DNA of 64,000 nt from an uncultured bacterium (GTDB lineage: Bacteria > Babelota > Babeliae > Babelales > Vermiphilaceae), in assembly GCA_963727255.1 (NCBI GenBank), contig CAVSFC010000002.1:640001-704000 (forward strand), in the 5' to 3' direction. The notes under the pieces are model-generated. The model saw only the letters and a program-made list of their open reading frames with translations. It was not told the origin of the DNA and searched no databases. The translations under genes and the position numbers were made by a program. The first letter of the stretch is position 1. Every line of letters starts with the position of its first letter. This document shows, piece by piece, positions 10,598 through 22,114 of this stretch.

Positions 10598-11599
10598 TAT
10601 ATACCAAACCAAATCGTTGTTGAAAGAAGAAGTTCAGTGAACAAAAGCAATAATATATAACCCATACAAACGGAATAAAAATATCATAATATTTGTTAAA
10701 CAGCGATGTTTCATGGGTAGTTTTTTCCAAGAGCATCGATCGTATCATAAATAGCACGCATATCTTTTGAATTACGTGCCAAGAAAGAATTTGCCTCCGG
10801 TTTCTTGTGCAATCTTAGTAAGCAATGCTTTATTAATTTTTGGTTTAGGAATCAATGCCATACAATGGATGCATAAAAAATTGTTCCTCATCGCTGCCAA
10901 TGCCCACGGTGTAAATTTTGATTCCCATTTTTTGTGCAAGTTCGATAGCAAGGTCCGGATCGATATCATTTTCGCTGGGTGCTCCATCAGTGAGTAGAAT
11001 TATAATTTTGCTTTTTGCATTTGAATTTTTGAGACGATTTGCAGCGGTAATAATAGCTGTTGTCAAGCACGGTGCCATCCGGATCAATGATTCCAATTTC
11101 TAGAGAGCTGATTAGCTTATTAATAATTTTTTTATCAAGAGTAAGTGGCACGCGAGATAAGTGCATCTTTGCCAAAAATTACTAAGCCGATTGCATCATT
11201 GGTTCGTTTGTTCACAAATCGTAATTGCTTCATCTTTTGCAACCTCTAAGCGAGAACGATGATCATCATGCATAATCTTGAAATTGCATACTCCCTGAAA
11301 CATCAAGCACAAGCATAATATCAATACCATCAATGATGATATTAGAACGATTATCAACCAGTTGCGGTTTTGCAATTAAAAATAGCAAGTAAATGCTAGT
11401 ACGATAACTCGTAATAAAGGCAAACATTTTTTTATGAGTCGGGGGCATGGGTTTTTTTGAGCTTTGAAAGAAAGATACTAAGGGATACTCATAAAAGGCG
11501 TGCGGCATCCAGTTCTTTTGACAATGATAATGACAAGCAATGCAGGGATAATCCAATAAAGAATGCGGTGAGATTGGCAAATCTAAGAAAATAGTTCAC
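10598..11599 (-). CDS. batA: BatA-like VWA domain protein (frameshifted in assembly)
   Basis: GIDIMLVLDVSGSM, PLTLD, IILLTDG, IYTVGIG, IAQETGGKFF across frames; GTG start 'NYFLRFAN'. Confidence 0.8.
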
Positions 11600-11601
11600 G
11601 A

Positions 11602-12342
11602 TTAATGCTCCTTAGCATCCTGCATAAACCAGTTATAAACACGTTCTTTAAATACTTCTTCAGTTTCATCTGGTTGTATGATCATGGGTTTGCCGATAAT
11701 CACGGTAATAGGATGATAGATAAACCCAAAAGGTTTGTGGAGGATAAACTTTATGCTACACCAATAATTTTAATAGGAACCACCGGCCGATCAACTTTTT
11801 TTGCAATTACTGCAAATCCACCAAAAAATGGATGTACTTTGCCATCAGTAAAACGGCCGCCTTCAGGGAAAATAATCAGATCCCATGGATGTTTTTTTAC
11901 AATATCAATTGCTTGTACCAGAGTGCGCAATCCGTTCGAACGGGGCTTGTCATATCAACCAACACTGCAATGCGTGGCACAATAAAGCCTAGTAAAGGGC
12001 ATTTTGCAAGTTCTGCCCATGAGAGCCAAATGTGAGGCTTATTTCTGAGAGCGCAGCCAACCAAGGGGATATCAAATGAGGATTGATGATTGGCAACAAT
12101 AATGCAGGGCTCATGAGGAATATTTTCAAGCCCTTTATAACTGATTGGCACAAAGGAGAATTTGATAGCAGGCCCAATAAAAAAACTGTTCGAGAAACAT
12201 AAAAAGTTTATTATCAACGAGAAGTTTTTGGGCGTGAAAAAAGCAGATCGATAATGGAATGGATATTGCTATAAAAAGAACGAGTAATAAGAATACGGCA
12301 CAGCAAACTGTGAATAACATTAAATGGGGTGATCATTATCAT
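11602..12342 (-). CDS. plsC: 1-acyl-sn-glycerol-3-phosphate acyltransferase (frameshifted in assembly)
   Basis: NHQSSFD motif, and IFPEGGR in another frame near 11860. Confidence 0.8.
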
Positions 12343-13115
12343 ATTATTCCTTTACCGTTTCAGGATAATAAAGCCCAAATTGATCATGAAGCCGTTTGGT
12401 ATAAAAATTAGTAAGTATGCATAAAGGAATTGGCAGAAATGCATTTGAAATGATGGGTGAGAGTAAAAAACTATTTCTGGCCAAACAAATTGACAATACT
12501 TATCGTATAGAGAATAGAGCAAAGTACAAAAAGAGCAAAATATCAGAAAACAAAATGGATAATTGTAGATAATCATTTTTAATGCTCTTACCATTGATTT
12601 GCATGATACTTTTAATACTTCCATCACTATCAAGAATAAAAAGATATTACAAAAGTGAGTAATGGAGAAACATAGAGAATAATAAGATCAGGAGGCATGA
12701 AGAATGTGACTAAAATAGGAATCAATAAGAACGGGTAAAAAAAGTATATAAAATATGGTATGAATATTTTGTGTTAAAAATACAATCTTATTGCCAATTA
12801 ATAAGCATAGCTATTGGAATTAAGTAGGCAAGAATGCTAAAAAAGATAAAATAGAAAAATTTGAGCCAATAATCTTTATAATAATCCCATCTTTTGCGCT
12901 TCATAGATGGCCGAATAATCAGATACATACCAAAGATGGTAATAAACCATCCAAAAAGAGGAATTAAACAAAAATAGCTCAGTTTATGGCAAAATACGCG
13001 AATAACATAAATCCAGAGCTGACAGCTCAGAGCAAATAACCACCACAGATGCAGCAAGATCAGCTTATAAGATTCAATGATAGATTTTAGAGTTACCAGA
13101 AAAAAAACTTTGCAT
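12340..13115 (-). CDS. Hypothetical membrane protein (fragmented; ends approximate)
   Basis: Consecutive hydrophobic ORF fragments 12788..13057 and 12352..12633. Confidence 0.5.
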
Positions 13116-13449
13116 TTTTAGGGGTAAATAACGATAATGATTCTTTCCAAGAGCGAAAAAATATACACGGTTATCCTTATAACGTACCCTTACTATTGAG
13201 TTCTATTCTAGGGCCTAAAAGGTTCGATCTAAATTTGACTATGTCCTAGGATGGTCAATTGAATTTTAAGGTAGGCAAAATTAGCATAATTGAGCTCTCT
13301 TACAAGAGAGCTCAAAGAAATATTTGACATTTAGTAAATATTTTTGATTACTATAAAAGAGACTTGATAAGGCAAAAAACAGATTTGTTATAACAATATG
13401 CATTAGAATAATGAAGCAACCAGAATTGTAAAAATGATGAGAAATGGAT

Positions 13450-15713
13450 ATGAAAAAGCTATTAATTGTAGAATCTCCGGCCAAAATTAAAACGATATCC
13501 AAGTTTTTGGGTAAAGATTTTAAAATTATGTCCACTATGGGACATGTAAAGGATCTTCCTACCAAAAAAGACTGGGGTTACTATTAATGGCTCAATAGAA
13601 ATTGAATATGTTCCGATTGAAAATAAAGATAAAACGATTGCTGAAATCTGCAAAGCAGCATCAGCGCGCAGATGAAATTTATTTGGCTCCCGATCCTGAT
13701 CGTGAAGGGGAAATTATTGCATGGCACGTTGAACAAGAAGTAAAAAAAGTAACCAAAAAAGCAAAAATTCATCGTATTACCTTTAATGAAATCACCAAGA
13801 GCAGCTATTCAGGAAGCGATCGAACATCCTGGCGATGTTGATATGAATAAAGTGGCTGCGCAGCAAGCGCGCCGCGTTCTTGATCGATGGGTGGGCTATG
13901 AAGTATCTCCTATTCTATGGGTAAAAATTGCTCCGGGACTTTCTGCCGGCCGTGTGCAATCAGTTGCGCTTCGTTTAATTTGCGATCGTGAAGAAGCAAT
14001 TCGTAGCTTTAAGCCTGAAGAATATTGGACCATTACCGGCTTCTTTAAGCATGCAGATGGCACTATTGAAGCTGCACTTACGCAAATTGGCAAAGAAAAA
14101 GCTGAAATTAAAAATAAAAAAGATGCTGATGATATTGTTGCAAAGATTAAAAAAGCAGACTATGCCATCGAATCAATCACCGATAAAGAGCGCACCAAAA
14201 ATCCGTTGCCTCCATTTATGACCAGTACCTTGCAGCAGGCTGCGTTTAATCAGCTTGGTTTTTCAGTTAAAAAGACCATGCAATTGGCGCAGCAGTTATA
14301 TGAAGGTGTGCCCTTAGAAGATCCAAGCACGCCCGTTGCATTAATTACCTATATGCGTACCGATTCATTGCGTCTTTCTGATACGGCATTCAAACAGGCT
14401 CGTGAATATATTCATAAAAATTTTGATAAAGAATATTTGCCCGCAACAAGCTAATTATTATGCCAAATCAAAAGCAAAAGAAAAGAAGCGACTACGCAAG
14501 ATGCGCACGAAGCAATTCGCCCCATTGATGCCTTTATCACTCCTGATAAAGCACGCAAATATTTGCCAAAAGATTTGGCAGCGTTATATGAACTGATTTG
14601 GAAGCGCTTTGTTGCATGCCAAATGAAGCCAGCACTTTATGCGCAACGCCAAGTGGTAATCAAAGGTGGAGAATTTACCTTTAAAGTTACCGGATCAACC
14701 TTAATCTTTGATGGATTCTTAAAAGTATATAATGCTGCTGAAGATGAAGAAGAAAAAGAAGGCAAAGTAGTATTGCCAAAGGGTATTAAAAAAATGATGA
14801 ATTAGATCTGCAAAAAGTTAATCCAAAGCAACATTTTACCCAACCGCCACCACGATATACTGAAGCATCATTGGTAAAAGATTTAGAAAAAGAAGGTATT
14901 GGGCGCCCAAGTACCTATGCAACTATTATGAATACTATTCGTGCGCGGCAGTATACCGTTGTTGATACCAAAAAGCGATTCAATCCAACTGAATTGGGTA
15001 TGACGGTTACTAAAATGCTTGTAGAAAATCTTCCAAAAATTATGGATATTAAGTTTACTGCCCATATGGAAGAGCATCTTGATAAAGTTGCGCAAGGAGA
15101 ACTTGGATCGTGATACCTTATTGCGCGGATTCTATGAACCATTCACTAAAGATGTACAAAGAGTTTAAGGGCCAAGATGGCAAACGTGTTGCTGAGCCAA
15201 CTGAGATTACTTGTCCTGAATGCAAAAAGCATAAACTGGCAATTCGTTTTGGCAAAGCCGGCGAATTCTTAGGATGCCTTGGATATCCAAAGTGCGATTT
15301 TACCTCCAATTTCAAACGTAATGAAAAGGGTGAAATTGAATTGGTAAAAGCTCCTGAACCGCAAGTGCTTGCATGAAAAATGTCCGCAATGCGGCAAGCC
15401 ATTACGGCAGATTGTAGGTAAATTTGGCCCATTTATTGCATGTTCCGGATATCCAGAATGCAAATATATTCATCATGTCAAAGCAAAATTCCCCTGCCCA
15501 CTTGATGGTGGTGAAGTGGTGCAACGGCGTTGGCGCGGAGGCACCTTCTGGGGCTGCAATAATTATCCAAAATGTAAGTTTGCAGTCTTTGGGGATATTG
15601 AAGAAACCCCATGCCCAAAATGTAAGTTGCCATTCTTAGTCAAAAAAGTAGATAAAGAAGGCAAAGTTACCCTGTTCTGCTCAGATAAGAATTGCGGATA
15701 TAAAAAAGAGTGA
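13450..15713 (+). CDS. topA: DNA topoisomerase I with C-terminal zinc ribbons (several frameshifts)
   Basis: [45 protein letters not shown], repeated CPxC ribbons. Confidence 0.95.
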
Positions 15714-15725
15714 TGTTCTAATAAT

Positions 15726-16511
15726 TTATGCCAATTTTTTTAATGTGTCTCTCGATCCTGATAAATAGGCTTGCTTTTCTTGTTCTGCTAATGCCGAATC
15801 AAAGTTTGCTACTTTTTCATCAAGATGCGAGTATCTTATGCCAATAAATTCAATATCCGGGTGTAAAATGCATTTTATTTGATGAAGGTATTTTTCTTTA
15901 TCATCGATAACAATCACTTTGGTTGGCGTATGTTCAAAATGTGCAAGGACATGTTTTAAGGTAATTCCTTTATCTCCCCCGCAGCAGAAAATAATGCCGT
16001 CTTTATAGCGGAAAGAAGAGCCATGGCCAAGTAATTCATTATATCCAAAGGCAGAATGCGCAAAATCAATGTCGATCGCTCGTAATTGCTCAATGGTGCG
16101 ATCACTGATTTCGATTGAGCGAATTGTGCATGCGATAACCGTGATTCCTGCTTCTTGTAACTGCTTAATGATCTCAGGAATGGATGGTTCAACGGGTTTT
16201 AAATCAACAATGTGAGTTAATTCGTAATAGAATGGCAAGACTTGCGCTACCGCTTTCTTGGGTTCAATGCCTTGCTCAATCAGTTTTGCAATCTCATAAT
16301 TCACCCATATGTCCCCGCCAAGCATTCGAAATGGATGGCCTTGAATTGCAATCGTATTATCAATGTCTAAAATTACAACGGTGTTTTTATGGTAATCATC
16401 TTCGGTTATATAGTTAAAGATTGATGCGAATTCTGCATGTTCAATAATATTCTGGAGCGCTGATGTGGTAAAAAAAACGAGTAGTAAACTAATGCTTAAA
16501 AAATGTTTCAT
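15726..16511 (-). CDS. Secreted HAD-like protein (DUF2608-like)
   Basis: Signal peptide; DIDNT motif I, IDD motif IV. Confidence 0.7.
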   Translation of the reverse strand: MKHFLSISLLLVFFTTSALQNIIEHAEFASIFNYITEDDYHKNTVVILDIDNTIAIQGHPFRMLGGDIWVNYEIAKLIEQGIEPKKAVAQVLPFYYELTHIVDLKPVEPSIPEIIKQLQEAGITVIACTIRSIEISDRTIEQLRAIDIDFAHSAFGYNELLGHGSSFRYKDGIIFCCGGDKGITLKHVLAHFEHTPTKVIVIDDKEKYLHQIKCILHPDIEFIGIRYSHLDEKVANFDSALAEQEKQAYLSGSRDTLKKLA

Positions 16512-16672
16512 GGAAGTTTCCTGGAAGATTATTGTATTATTTTATCGCTGCTTAAGTATAAAATCTTTCAAGTGTTCCTTCAATAATTATTTGGTTGGTT
16601 GACTCACTGCATAGATGCTTTAAAATAGAGGTAAGTATTTTTCTGATTATTAATTCTATTTGTAGGGATCAA

Positions 16673-17374
16673 ATGTTCTCATATAAGAAAAGTCTTATCT
16701 TTGCATCGGCAATTTTTATATCATCAATTGCTCATTCAAGCGAATTTAACGAGAAAGCAGTAATAAAAGACTATGATAAACAGCGGGATGAAACGGCAAT
16801 TATTGCAATTCTTGATCAGTATCCTAAATTTCTTCGTTATGAAAGCATGGGACTTCCTGTTGGGACAACTGAACAATACATTAATAATTCAAAATATACT
16901 ACCCACGTAATACAAGAAAATGATTTAACAGTTGGCTTTGTGAGTTTTATTAAAATTGATAAAAGGCTTCTTTTTTTAAACTTTGGATCAATAGGGCTTA
17001 TCCATTTAATGGGAATAGATACTGAGCATCAAGGCAAGCACTATGGCAATGCTTTGCTTTCTCATGCTATTAACGAATTATTAGATAAAGGCGTGAGCCA
17101 GATATTTTTGACAACCAAGGTTACTAATGAAAAAGCGCGAAAGCTCTATGAAAAATCTGGTTTCAAGTTAGTTACTCTGGTTGGTGAAGACTGCTTTTAC
17201 CTTGCAAACTTTGTAAATGAAAAGGCGCCGCAACCAACTATCGAAGAAAAAGCGTTACAATGCGCGTTGCGTCATCCAGGCAAATCTCTATTGTGTTTGT
17301 GTGCTGTATTGATAGGAGGAGGTTATGCCAGCTACAAAGGGATGAAGTCATTGTGGCATCAATTTTATATCTAA
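16673..17374 (+). CDS. Secreted GNAT acetyltransferase with C-terminal membrane anchor
   Basis: Signal peptide, QGKHYG acetyl-CoA motif, 'NEKARKLYEKSGF', C-terminal hydrophobic stretch. Confidence 0.8.
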   Translation: MFSYKKSLIFASAIFISSIAHSSEFNEKAVIKDYDKQRDETAIIAILDQYPKFLRYESMGLPVGTTEQYINNSKYTTHVIQENDLTVGFVSFIKIDKRLLFLNFGSIGLIHLMGIDTEHQGKHYGNALLSHAINELLDKGVSQIFLTTKVTNEKARKLYEKSGFKLVTLVGEDCFYLANFVNEKAPQPTIEEKALQCALRHPGKSLLCLCAVLIGGGYASYKGMKSLWHQFYI

Positions 17375-17424
17375 GAATCAATAATTTCGTAAGTAAGAAG
17401 GACACAGTGAGGTGCCCTTTAATT

Positions 17425-17871
17425 TTACTTATGTTTGCAACTGCAACCAGTAAGCTTGCAAGCGCACCATGCATACCATTTTCCCGGTCCGCCAACGACG
17501 ATTGCCAGTAAGAAGAATACGAGGCTCAGTGGATATTCATCCCCGCCATTTTGAGAAAAAAATCCATTATTCCAATGCACAAACCATACTGCCCCCAGCA
17601 TTACCGGAATTATCATTAAGGCGCCAATTTCTGCTGCAATACCGCTTAATAATAAGAAACCGCCTATCAATTCAGCAAAAGCGGCTAAATAGGCAAGCAA
17701 TGGTGGGATGCCCATGCCGCCGGCCCATTGCACAAATCCTTCCAGGCCAGGTCCGCCAAAAAGACCAAGAACTTTTTGTGCGCCGTGCGCGATAAAGATA
17801 ACGCCAAGCGTCCATCGTACAATAGATAATGCAACTTCAGTACGGTTTGGGATATGCCTGCAAAACATCAT
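17425..17871 (-). CDS. DoxX family membrane protein
   Basis: 'FIAHGAQK', 'AELIGG', 'GGPGK'. Confidence 0.9.
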   Translation of the reverse strand: MMFCRHIPNRTEVALSIVRWTLGVIFIAHGAQKVLGLFGGPGLEGFVQWAGGMGIPPLLAYLAAFAELIGGFLLLSGIAAEIGALMIIPVMLGAVWFVHWNNGFFSQNGGDEYPLSLVFFLLAIVVGGPGKWYAWCACKLTGCSCKHK

Positions 17872-17944
17872 GACTCCTTTTTAATGAGTAAAATAATCAC
17901 TAGTTTTGAGTCTATGATGATTTATGTTTTTTGAGAAGGCAGAT

Positions 17945-19228
17945 TTACTTTTCTTTTCGATTATAAAGAATCATGCCGATGATAATCCCAGCCAATAGCA
18001 CAGCTGAATACATAAAACGAGTAGTCATATCAGAGCTTAAGGTATACCAGCTATAAGCTGAAAAACCAATAACCATAATAAGTCCCAAAATGGTTAGAGG
18101 AATTTTACCATGGCTTTCTTTGCGTTTGTGAACAATTAATAATGATACAAATGGCAAGAAGAAAGAAAGGAATACACCGAAAATGCAAAGTCCACCAGTT
18201 AAAGGAATACTTGGGATCAATGTTGCTATAAGAAATACTACGATTCCTTGTAATACCAGCCCTGCCCATGGTCTTCCCAAGCTGGTGGTGGCTGTCAGGA
18301 ATGAGCCGCCTTTAAAAAGACCTTCTTGGGCCATTGATTGCAATAAGATCGCATTTGCATTAATCATACCAATGAGGCTTGCAATAAAGATAAGAATCGA
18401 AGCAGTTGGGATTAATATTGAAAGTAATGTTTTGAGGTAGGGGATTGGTAACGTAATGAAATCTGGGAAGTTAGGCGCCCCTAAGCATGCCAAGTTTTGC
18501 GCGCCCATGAGGTTGAGCAATCCAAAATGAAAGAGCATATAAAGAAGACCGGTGCCCAAGAATCCAATCAAAATAGCTTTTGGCGCGTTTTTCTCACTAT
18601 CTTTTATGAGATGGCTTATTCCAACACAGTACTCAAATCCAAAATAGCCAAAAATAGGAAGTGTTAATGAGGCAGGCAGTAACGTGAGTTCTGCTCCAGT
18701 GATGGTGAATGAGGGATTTATAATGAATGGGAGCAAGAGAATCAAAATAACCAATGGCATAATTTTTACCAAAGTTAATGAATTCAAGAAATTGCTTACT
18801 ATTTTTAAGCTCAACAAACTGAATGCGATAACTGCTGCAACCGTAACCGCATTAAACAAGATCGGATTACCGGTGAATGCATTTACTCCGCATTTTTTAA
18901 GCAAAATATCTTGAAGTGCCAATAGTTCAACCGTTGCTGCAAAGGTGTAGCCGAAAATATAGAGCCAGCCACTTGCAAAACCTGCAGTTCGATTTAGCCC
19001 TTGTTTGGCGTATAAATAAAAGCCGCCAGCCCCGGGAAAAAGCTGCGATAGCTCAATCGTACAGAGCACAATCGGTAAGAATAAGAGTGCGACCAAAGGC
19101 CATGCTAAAAAGGAGGCGTTGCCAGAAATGGCAGCGGCTTTACCAGGACCAATAAGGATTCCTGATCCAATCATTATATTCATGTTTAGCAAGATAGCCG
19201 TCGAAAGCGATATTTTGTGGTCTTTCAT
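17945..19228 (-). CDS. APC family amino acid permease
   Basis: 'MIGSGI', 'GGFYLYA', 'GFE', about 12 TM segments. Confidence 0.88.
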   Translation of the reverse strand: MKDHKISLSTAILLNMNIMIGSGILIGPGKAAAISGNASFLAWPLVALLFLPIVLCTIELSQLFPGAGGFYLYAKQGLNRTAGFASGWLYIFGYTFAATVELLALQDILLKKCGVNAFTGNPILFNAVTVAAVIAFSLLSLKIVSNFLNSLTLVKIMPLVILILLLPFIINPSFTITGAELTLLPASLTLPIFGYFGFEYCVGISHLIKDSEKNAPKAILIGFLGTGLLYMLFHFGLLNLMGAQNLACLGAPNFPDFITLPIPYLKTLLSILIPTASILIFIASLIGMINANAILLQSMAQEGLFKGGSFLTATTSLGRPWAGLVLQGIVVFLIATLIPSIPLTGGLCIFGVFLSFFLPFVSLLIVHKRKESHGKIPLTILGLIMVIGFSAYSWYTLSSDMTTRFMYSAVLLAGIIIGMILYNRKEK

Positions 19229-19431
19229 TTGATACGCACTTTATAAAAATAGTTTAATAATACAATACCAGAGCTTGGTAAATTAGGGCTAAGAAATGAT
19301 ATCGAGGCCTCTTCGATAAGATTTTAATTGGCAAAGCTCTAGTGCTAATATACTGTATGTGTGGCAATTTGACTAGCCACAAGTTCTCAAAATAAGATTT
19401 GATTTGATTTTTGCGTTAGCACTACAATTTT

Positions 19432-19890
19432 TTATGGCTGAATATAATCGAGAACAACAGTACCATCGGGCTTTATGATAGCTACAAAGTGCTTTTTGTC
19501 TTTAGCAGATAGTTGCTTTATTAATGACATTTTTGTTTCCCATCCAGAGTGAATTAAACTTTTCGCTTGAGCGCGAAAGTTTGCGATGTTTTTAGTGAGA
19601 AAAACGTCATTTCCCAAAGGTTCGAATTGTATCATATAAAATCCTTGTTCGGTAGCAAGTTCAACTGGTGTGCCAACTGCAAGACCTGCAAGATTAATTT
19701 TCTTTTTATCCTCAGGTACTAAAAACTCATGAGTTTCAGGAAGATTTGGACCTTTTTTGATATCCAAGCGTGCTAAATTTTGAGATGTATTTGAGATTAA
19801 AAGTTCGATATTTGTATTCTTTTGCATAGCATGAATACTATTGCCTGCTAGAAAAGTGATTATAACTAAAAGCATATATTTAAAATTCAT
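19432..19890 (-). CDS. Secreted hypothetical protein (A|MQ type)
   Basis: Signal peptide ...SIHA|MQ; GGAG RBS. Confidence 0.7.
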   Translation of the reverse strand: MNFKYMLLVIITFLAGNSIHAMQKNTNIELLISNTSQNLARLDIKKGPNLPETHEFLVPEDKKKINLAGLAVGTPVELATEQGFYMIQFEPLGNDVFLTKNIANFRAQAKSLIHSGWETKMSLIKQLSAKDKKHFVAIIKPDGTVVLDYIQP

Positions 19891-19979
19891 AAAGAACTCC
19901 CGTTTCTAATATTACAAACATTCCATATTACAAATATTATGTTATTTATTTATATAAGTAAATAATTTTTAGGAGAAAT

Positions 19980-20396
19980 ATGAGAATAAGACATTGCATC
20001 TGGCTCACAATCGTTCAGTGTGCGATTATTATTGGAATGCAAGACCAAATGCGCCTAAATTCTTCGACGGTTTTGTATACTGATACTATCATGCAACAGA
20101 CGATCGAAAAGGCAAAGCAAGAAGTTCGGCAGGAGAGCCAGGAGATAATACAGGCATTCGAGGCTCAAAAGGGGCTAGCAATGAGCTTATATGAAATGGA
20201 AGCTCAAAATTCTACAGCACGATTAGAAGAATTGGCTGTTATGAAGGAAAAATATCAGCAGATTCAGAATGGGGTTAGTAAATGTTCTGAGGATTTGAAG
20301 TCTCTTTTAATAACATCGCATTATAAAACAACTGAATTGCCTATTCCAAAGTTGCAAGATCTTTTAGCAGCTCTTGAAAAGCTGAGCACACTGTGA
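19980..20396 (+). CDS. Secreted coiled-coil protein (G|MQ type)
   Basis: AGGAG RBS, N-terminal hydrophobic stretch, Q/E-rich heptads. Confidence 0.65.
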   Translation: MRIRHCIWLTIVQCAIIIGMQDQMRLNSSTVLYTDTIMQQTIEKAKQEVRQESQEIIQAFEAQKGLAMSLYEMEAQNSTARLEELAVMKEKYQQIQNGVSKCSEDLKSLLITSHYKTTELPIPKLQDLLAALEKLSTL

Positions 20397-20414
20397 ATTT
20401 CCTAGAGGGATAAT

Positions 20415-21365
20415 TCAGCTCACAAATAAAATAAACCCGAGCGCAATCAATAAAACATAAATAGCGGCACTATCAATAACCCCTTGTGCAAATATACTCG
20501 TTCGGGCCAATGCAGAATACTGTTCAGGATTAGTGGCAATCTCTTTGCATGCTGCTGCAGCAGTTCTTCCCGAGCTTAATCCGGGGCCAAACATGCCCAA
20601 ACCAGTGGTGATTCCTGCCATAAGCATCGCAATGCCGGCGATAAGGGTTTTGGGAACACTGCCCAATAAAAACAGAGACGTTACTAATGAAAAAATAGTC
20701 GGTGATTCTATAATAGCTTGGCTAATAAAGGTAAAGGTGAGAATGCGACCATAGGCATTTCTATTGCTGCCAATTCCCTTGATAGCGGTTCTTGCAAAGT
20801 GAGCTAGCCCAATCGCCGGACCAATTGACCCTAGGCCAATTGCAATACCTGCGCCAATTAATCGCAAGCTATCAGCGAGTGATGCGATTAACGTTGCTTG
20901 AACTTTAATAAAAAGAGCCACGATGAATGCGAGAATCAAAGGAGTTTGAATGACTGATAAAACAATAAGTGTAAAATTAAAAATCGATTGGGCATGGAAC
21001 GGCTGCCGCGCCGTTGCATAGCATGCCTCTTGCGCTGGCCATGCAGAAAATAAACCGATTATTAACCCAGAACCTATGATTGCAAATCCTATACCGATTT
21101 TTGCAAGATCACTATAGAATGGGTTTATTGCTTGGACATCTTCAAATAATAAAATAAGTGCAACAAAAACACTCACAATCGCTGAAGTTTCAATGAGCGC
21201 GGAGCTGAGCAACGATAAATTGCTGATCTTATCTTTAATGTGCGGCTGAATATCAATCGATTCGAACGCCGCTTTATTGGTTAATCCTTGGCTCAATCCA
21301 ACACTAATTGCCGAAACGATGATCGTGAGTGAAGCAATCAGATAGTTTGCGATGCTGGTTGTCAT
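20415..21365 (-). CDS. atpE: F0 ATP synthase subunit c, four fused hairpins
   Basis: Four ~80-aa c-repeats with Gly-rich inner helices; ion-site residues E59/Q140/E220/D298; follows atpB. Confidence 0.88.
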   Translation of the reverse strand: MTTSIANYLIASLTIIVSAISVGLSQGLTNKAAFESIDIQPHIKDKISNLSLLSSALIETSAIVSVFVALILLFEDVQAINPFYSDLAKIGIGFAIIGSGLIIGLFSAWPAQEACYATARQPFHAQSIFNFTLIVLSVIQTPLILAFIVALFIKVQATLIASLADSLRLIGAGIAIGLGSIGPAIGLAHFARTAIKGIGSNRNAYGRILTFTFISQAIIESPTIFSLVTSLFLLGSVPKTLIAGIAMLMAGITTGLGMFGPGLSSGRTAAAACKEIATNPEQYSALARTSIFAQGVIDSAAIYVLLIALGFILFVS

Positions 21366-22114
21366 GTCATTTCCCCAAGATCATGATCAATCTCTTCATG
21401 AGATAAGGCGATTGCAAGATAGGTCATGGTGAGCATAGTAAATACAAATGCTTGTAAAAATCCCTCAAAAAGAATAAAAAATCCCACTATAGCGAGATTA
21501 TTGCCGGTAACCAACCCTAAAATTTGAAACAATGCTGATTTTTCTATTACCGCAGTATAAATATGCACAATGGTCGCACCGCCAAAAATGTTGCCGAATA
21601 AACGGAATGAGATTGAAATGATCGTAGATATTTTTCCGATGATGTGCAAGGGGAACATGAAGAAAAATGGTAAAAAATATTCTTTAAGGTACCCAAAAAA
21701 GCCATGATTTCGTATTGCGGCAATCTGGATATAGGAAAATGAGAGCATTCCAAGCGCAAGCGCAGTATTTAAATCTTTTGTCGGTTCATCAACCCAGGGT
21801 AAAATTGCGATGCAGTTGCAAAAAATTATAAAGGTGAAGAGGGAAATAATAAATGCGGTATGCCCAAATGAGAAATAGCCAAATGATTGCGAGCACAAAT
21901 CGATAAATGAGCGCACATACATAAGCACCACATAGCGCCCGGTGTTTGATTTATAGCGCAAAAGCCAGCGTGCCAGGACTATGAAAAGCATAATCGCAGC
22001 AATTGTAATCCATGTATTAATAATGGTATCGGAATTGATTGAAAAGAAAGGGCTACTAAAACCTAAATAGGAAAGCGGGTGCCACTGTTTACCGTTGAGT
22101 AGGCCAATATCCAT
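21362..22114 (-). CDS. atpB: F0 ATP synthase subunit a
   Basis: 'PTKDLN', 'SISFRLFGNIFGG', 'LQAFVFTMLT'. Confidence 0.95.
   Translation of the reverse strand: MDIGLLNGKQWHPLSYLGFSSPFFSINSDTIINTWITIAAIMLFIVLARWLLRYKSNTGRYVVLMYVRSFIDLCSQSFGYFSFGHTAFIISLFTFIIFCNCIAILPWVDEPTKDLNTALALGMLSFSYIQIAAIRNHGFFGYLKEYFLPFFFMFPLHIIGKISTIISISFRLFGNIFGGATIVHIYTAVIEKSALFQILGLVTGNNLAIVGFFILFEGFLQAFVFTMLTMTYLAIALSHEEIDHDLGEMT

Noticed and set aside
8500..15400. Alternative genetic code or stop-codon readthrough explaining fragmented ORFs
   Set aside because: Breaks are frame changes, not in-frame stops, and intact genes use TAA, TAG and TGA as normal stops.
13450..15713. topA as a true pseudogene
   Set aside because: All motifs are preserved, the gene is normally essential, and indels cluster regionally as expected for consensus errors.
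17425..17470. CaaX motif at the DoxX C-terminus (CKHK)
   Set aside because: Middle residues are not aliphatic and the protein is an ordinary inner-membrane family.
19980..20396. ATP synthase subunit b next to atpE
   Set aside because: Opposite strand, cleavable-type signal with G|MQ, and no b-subunit motif.
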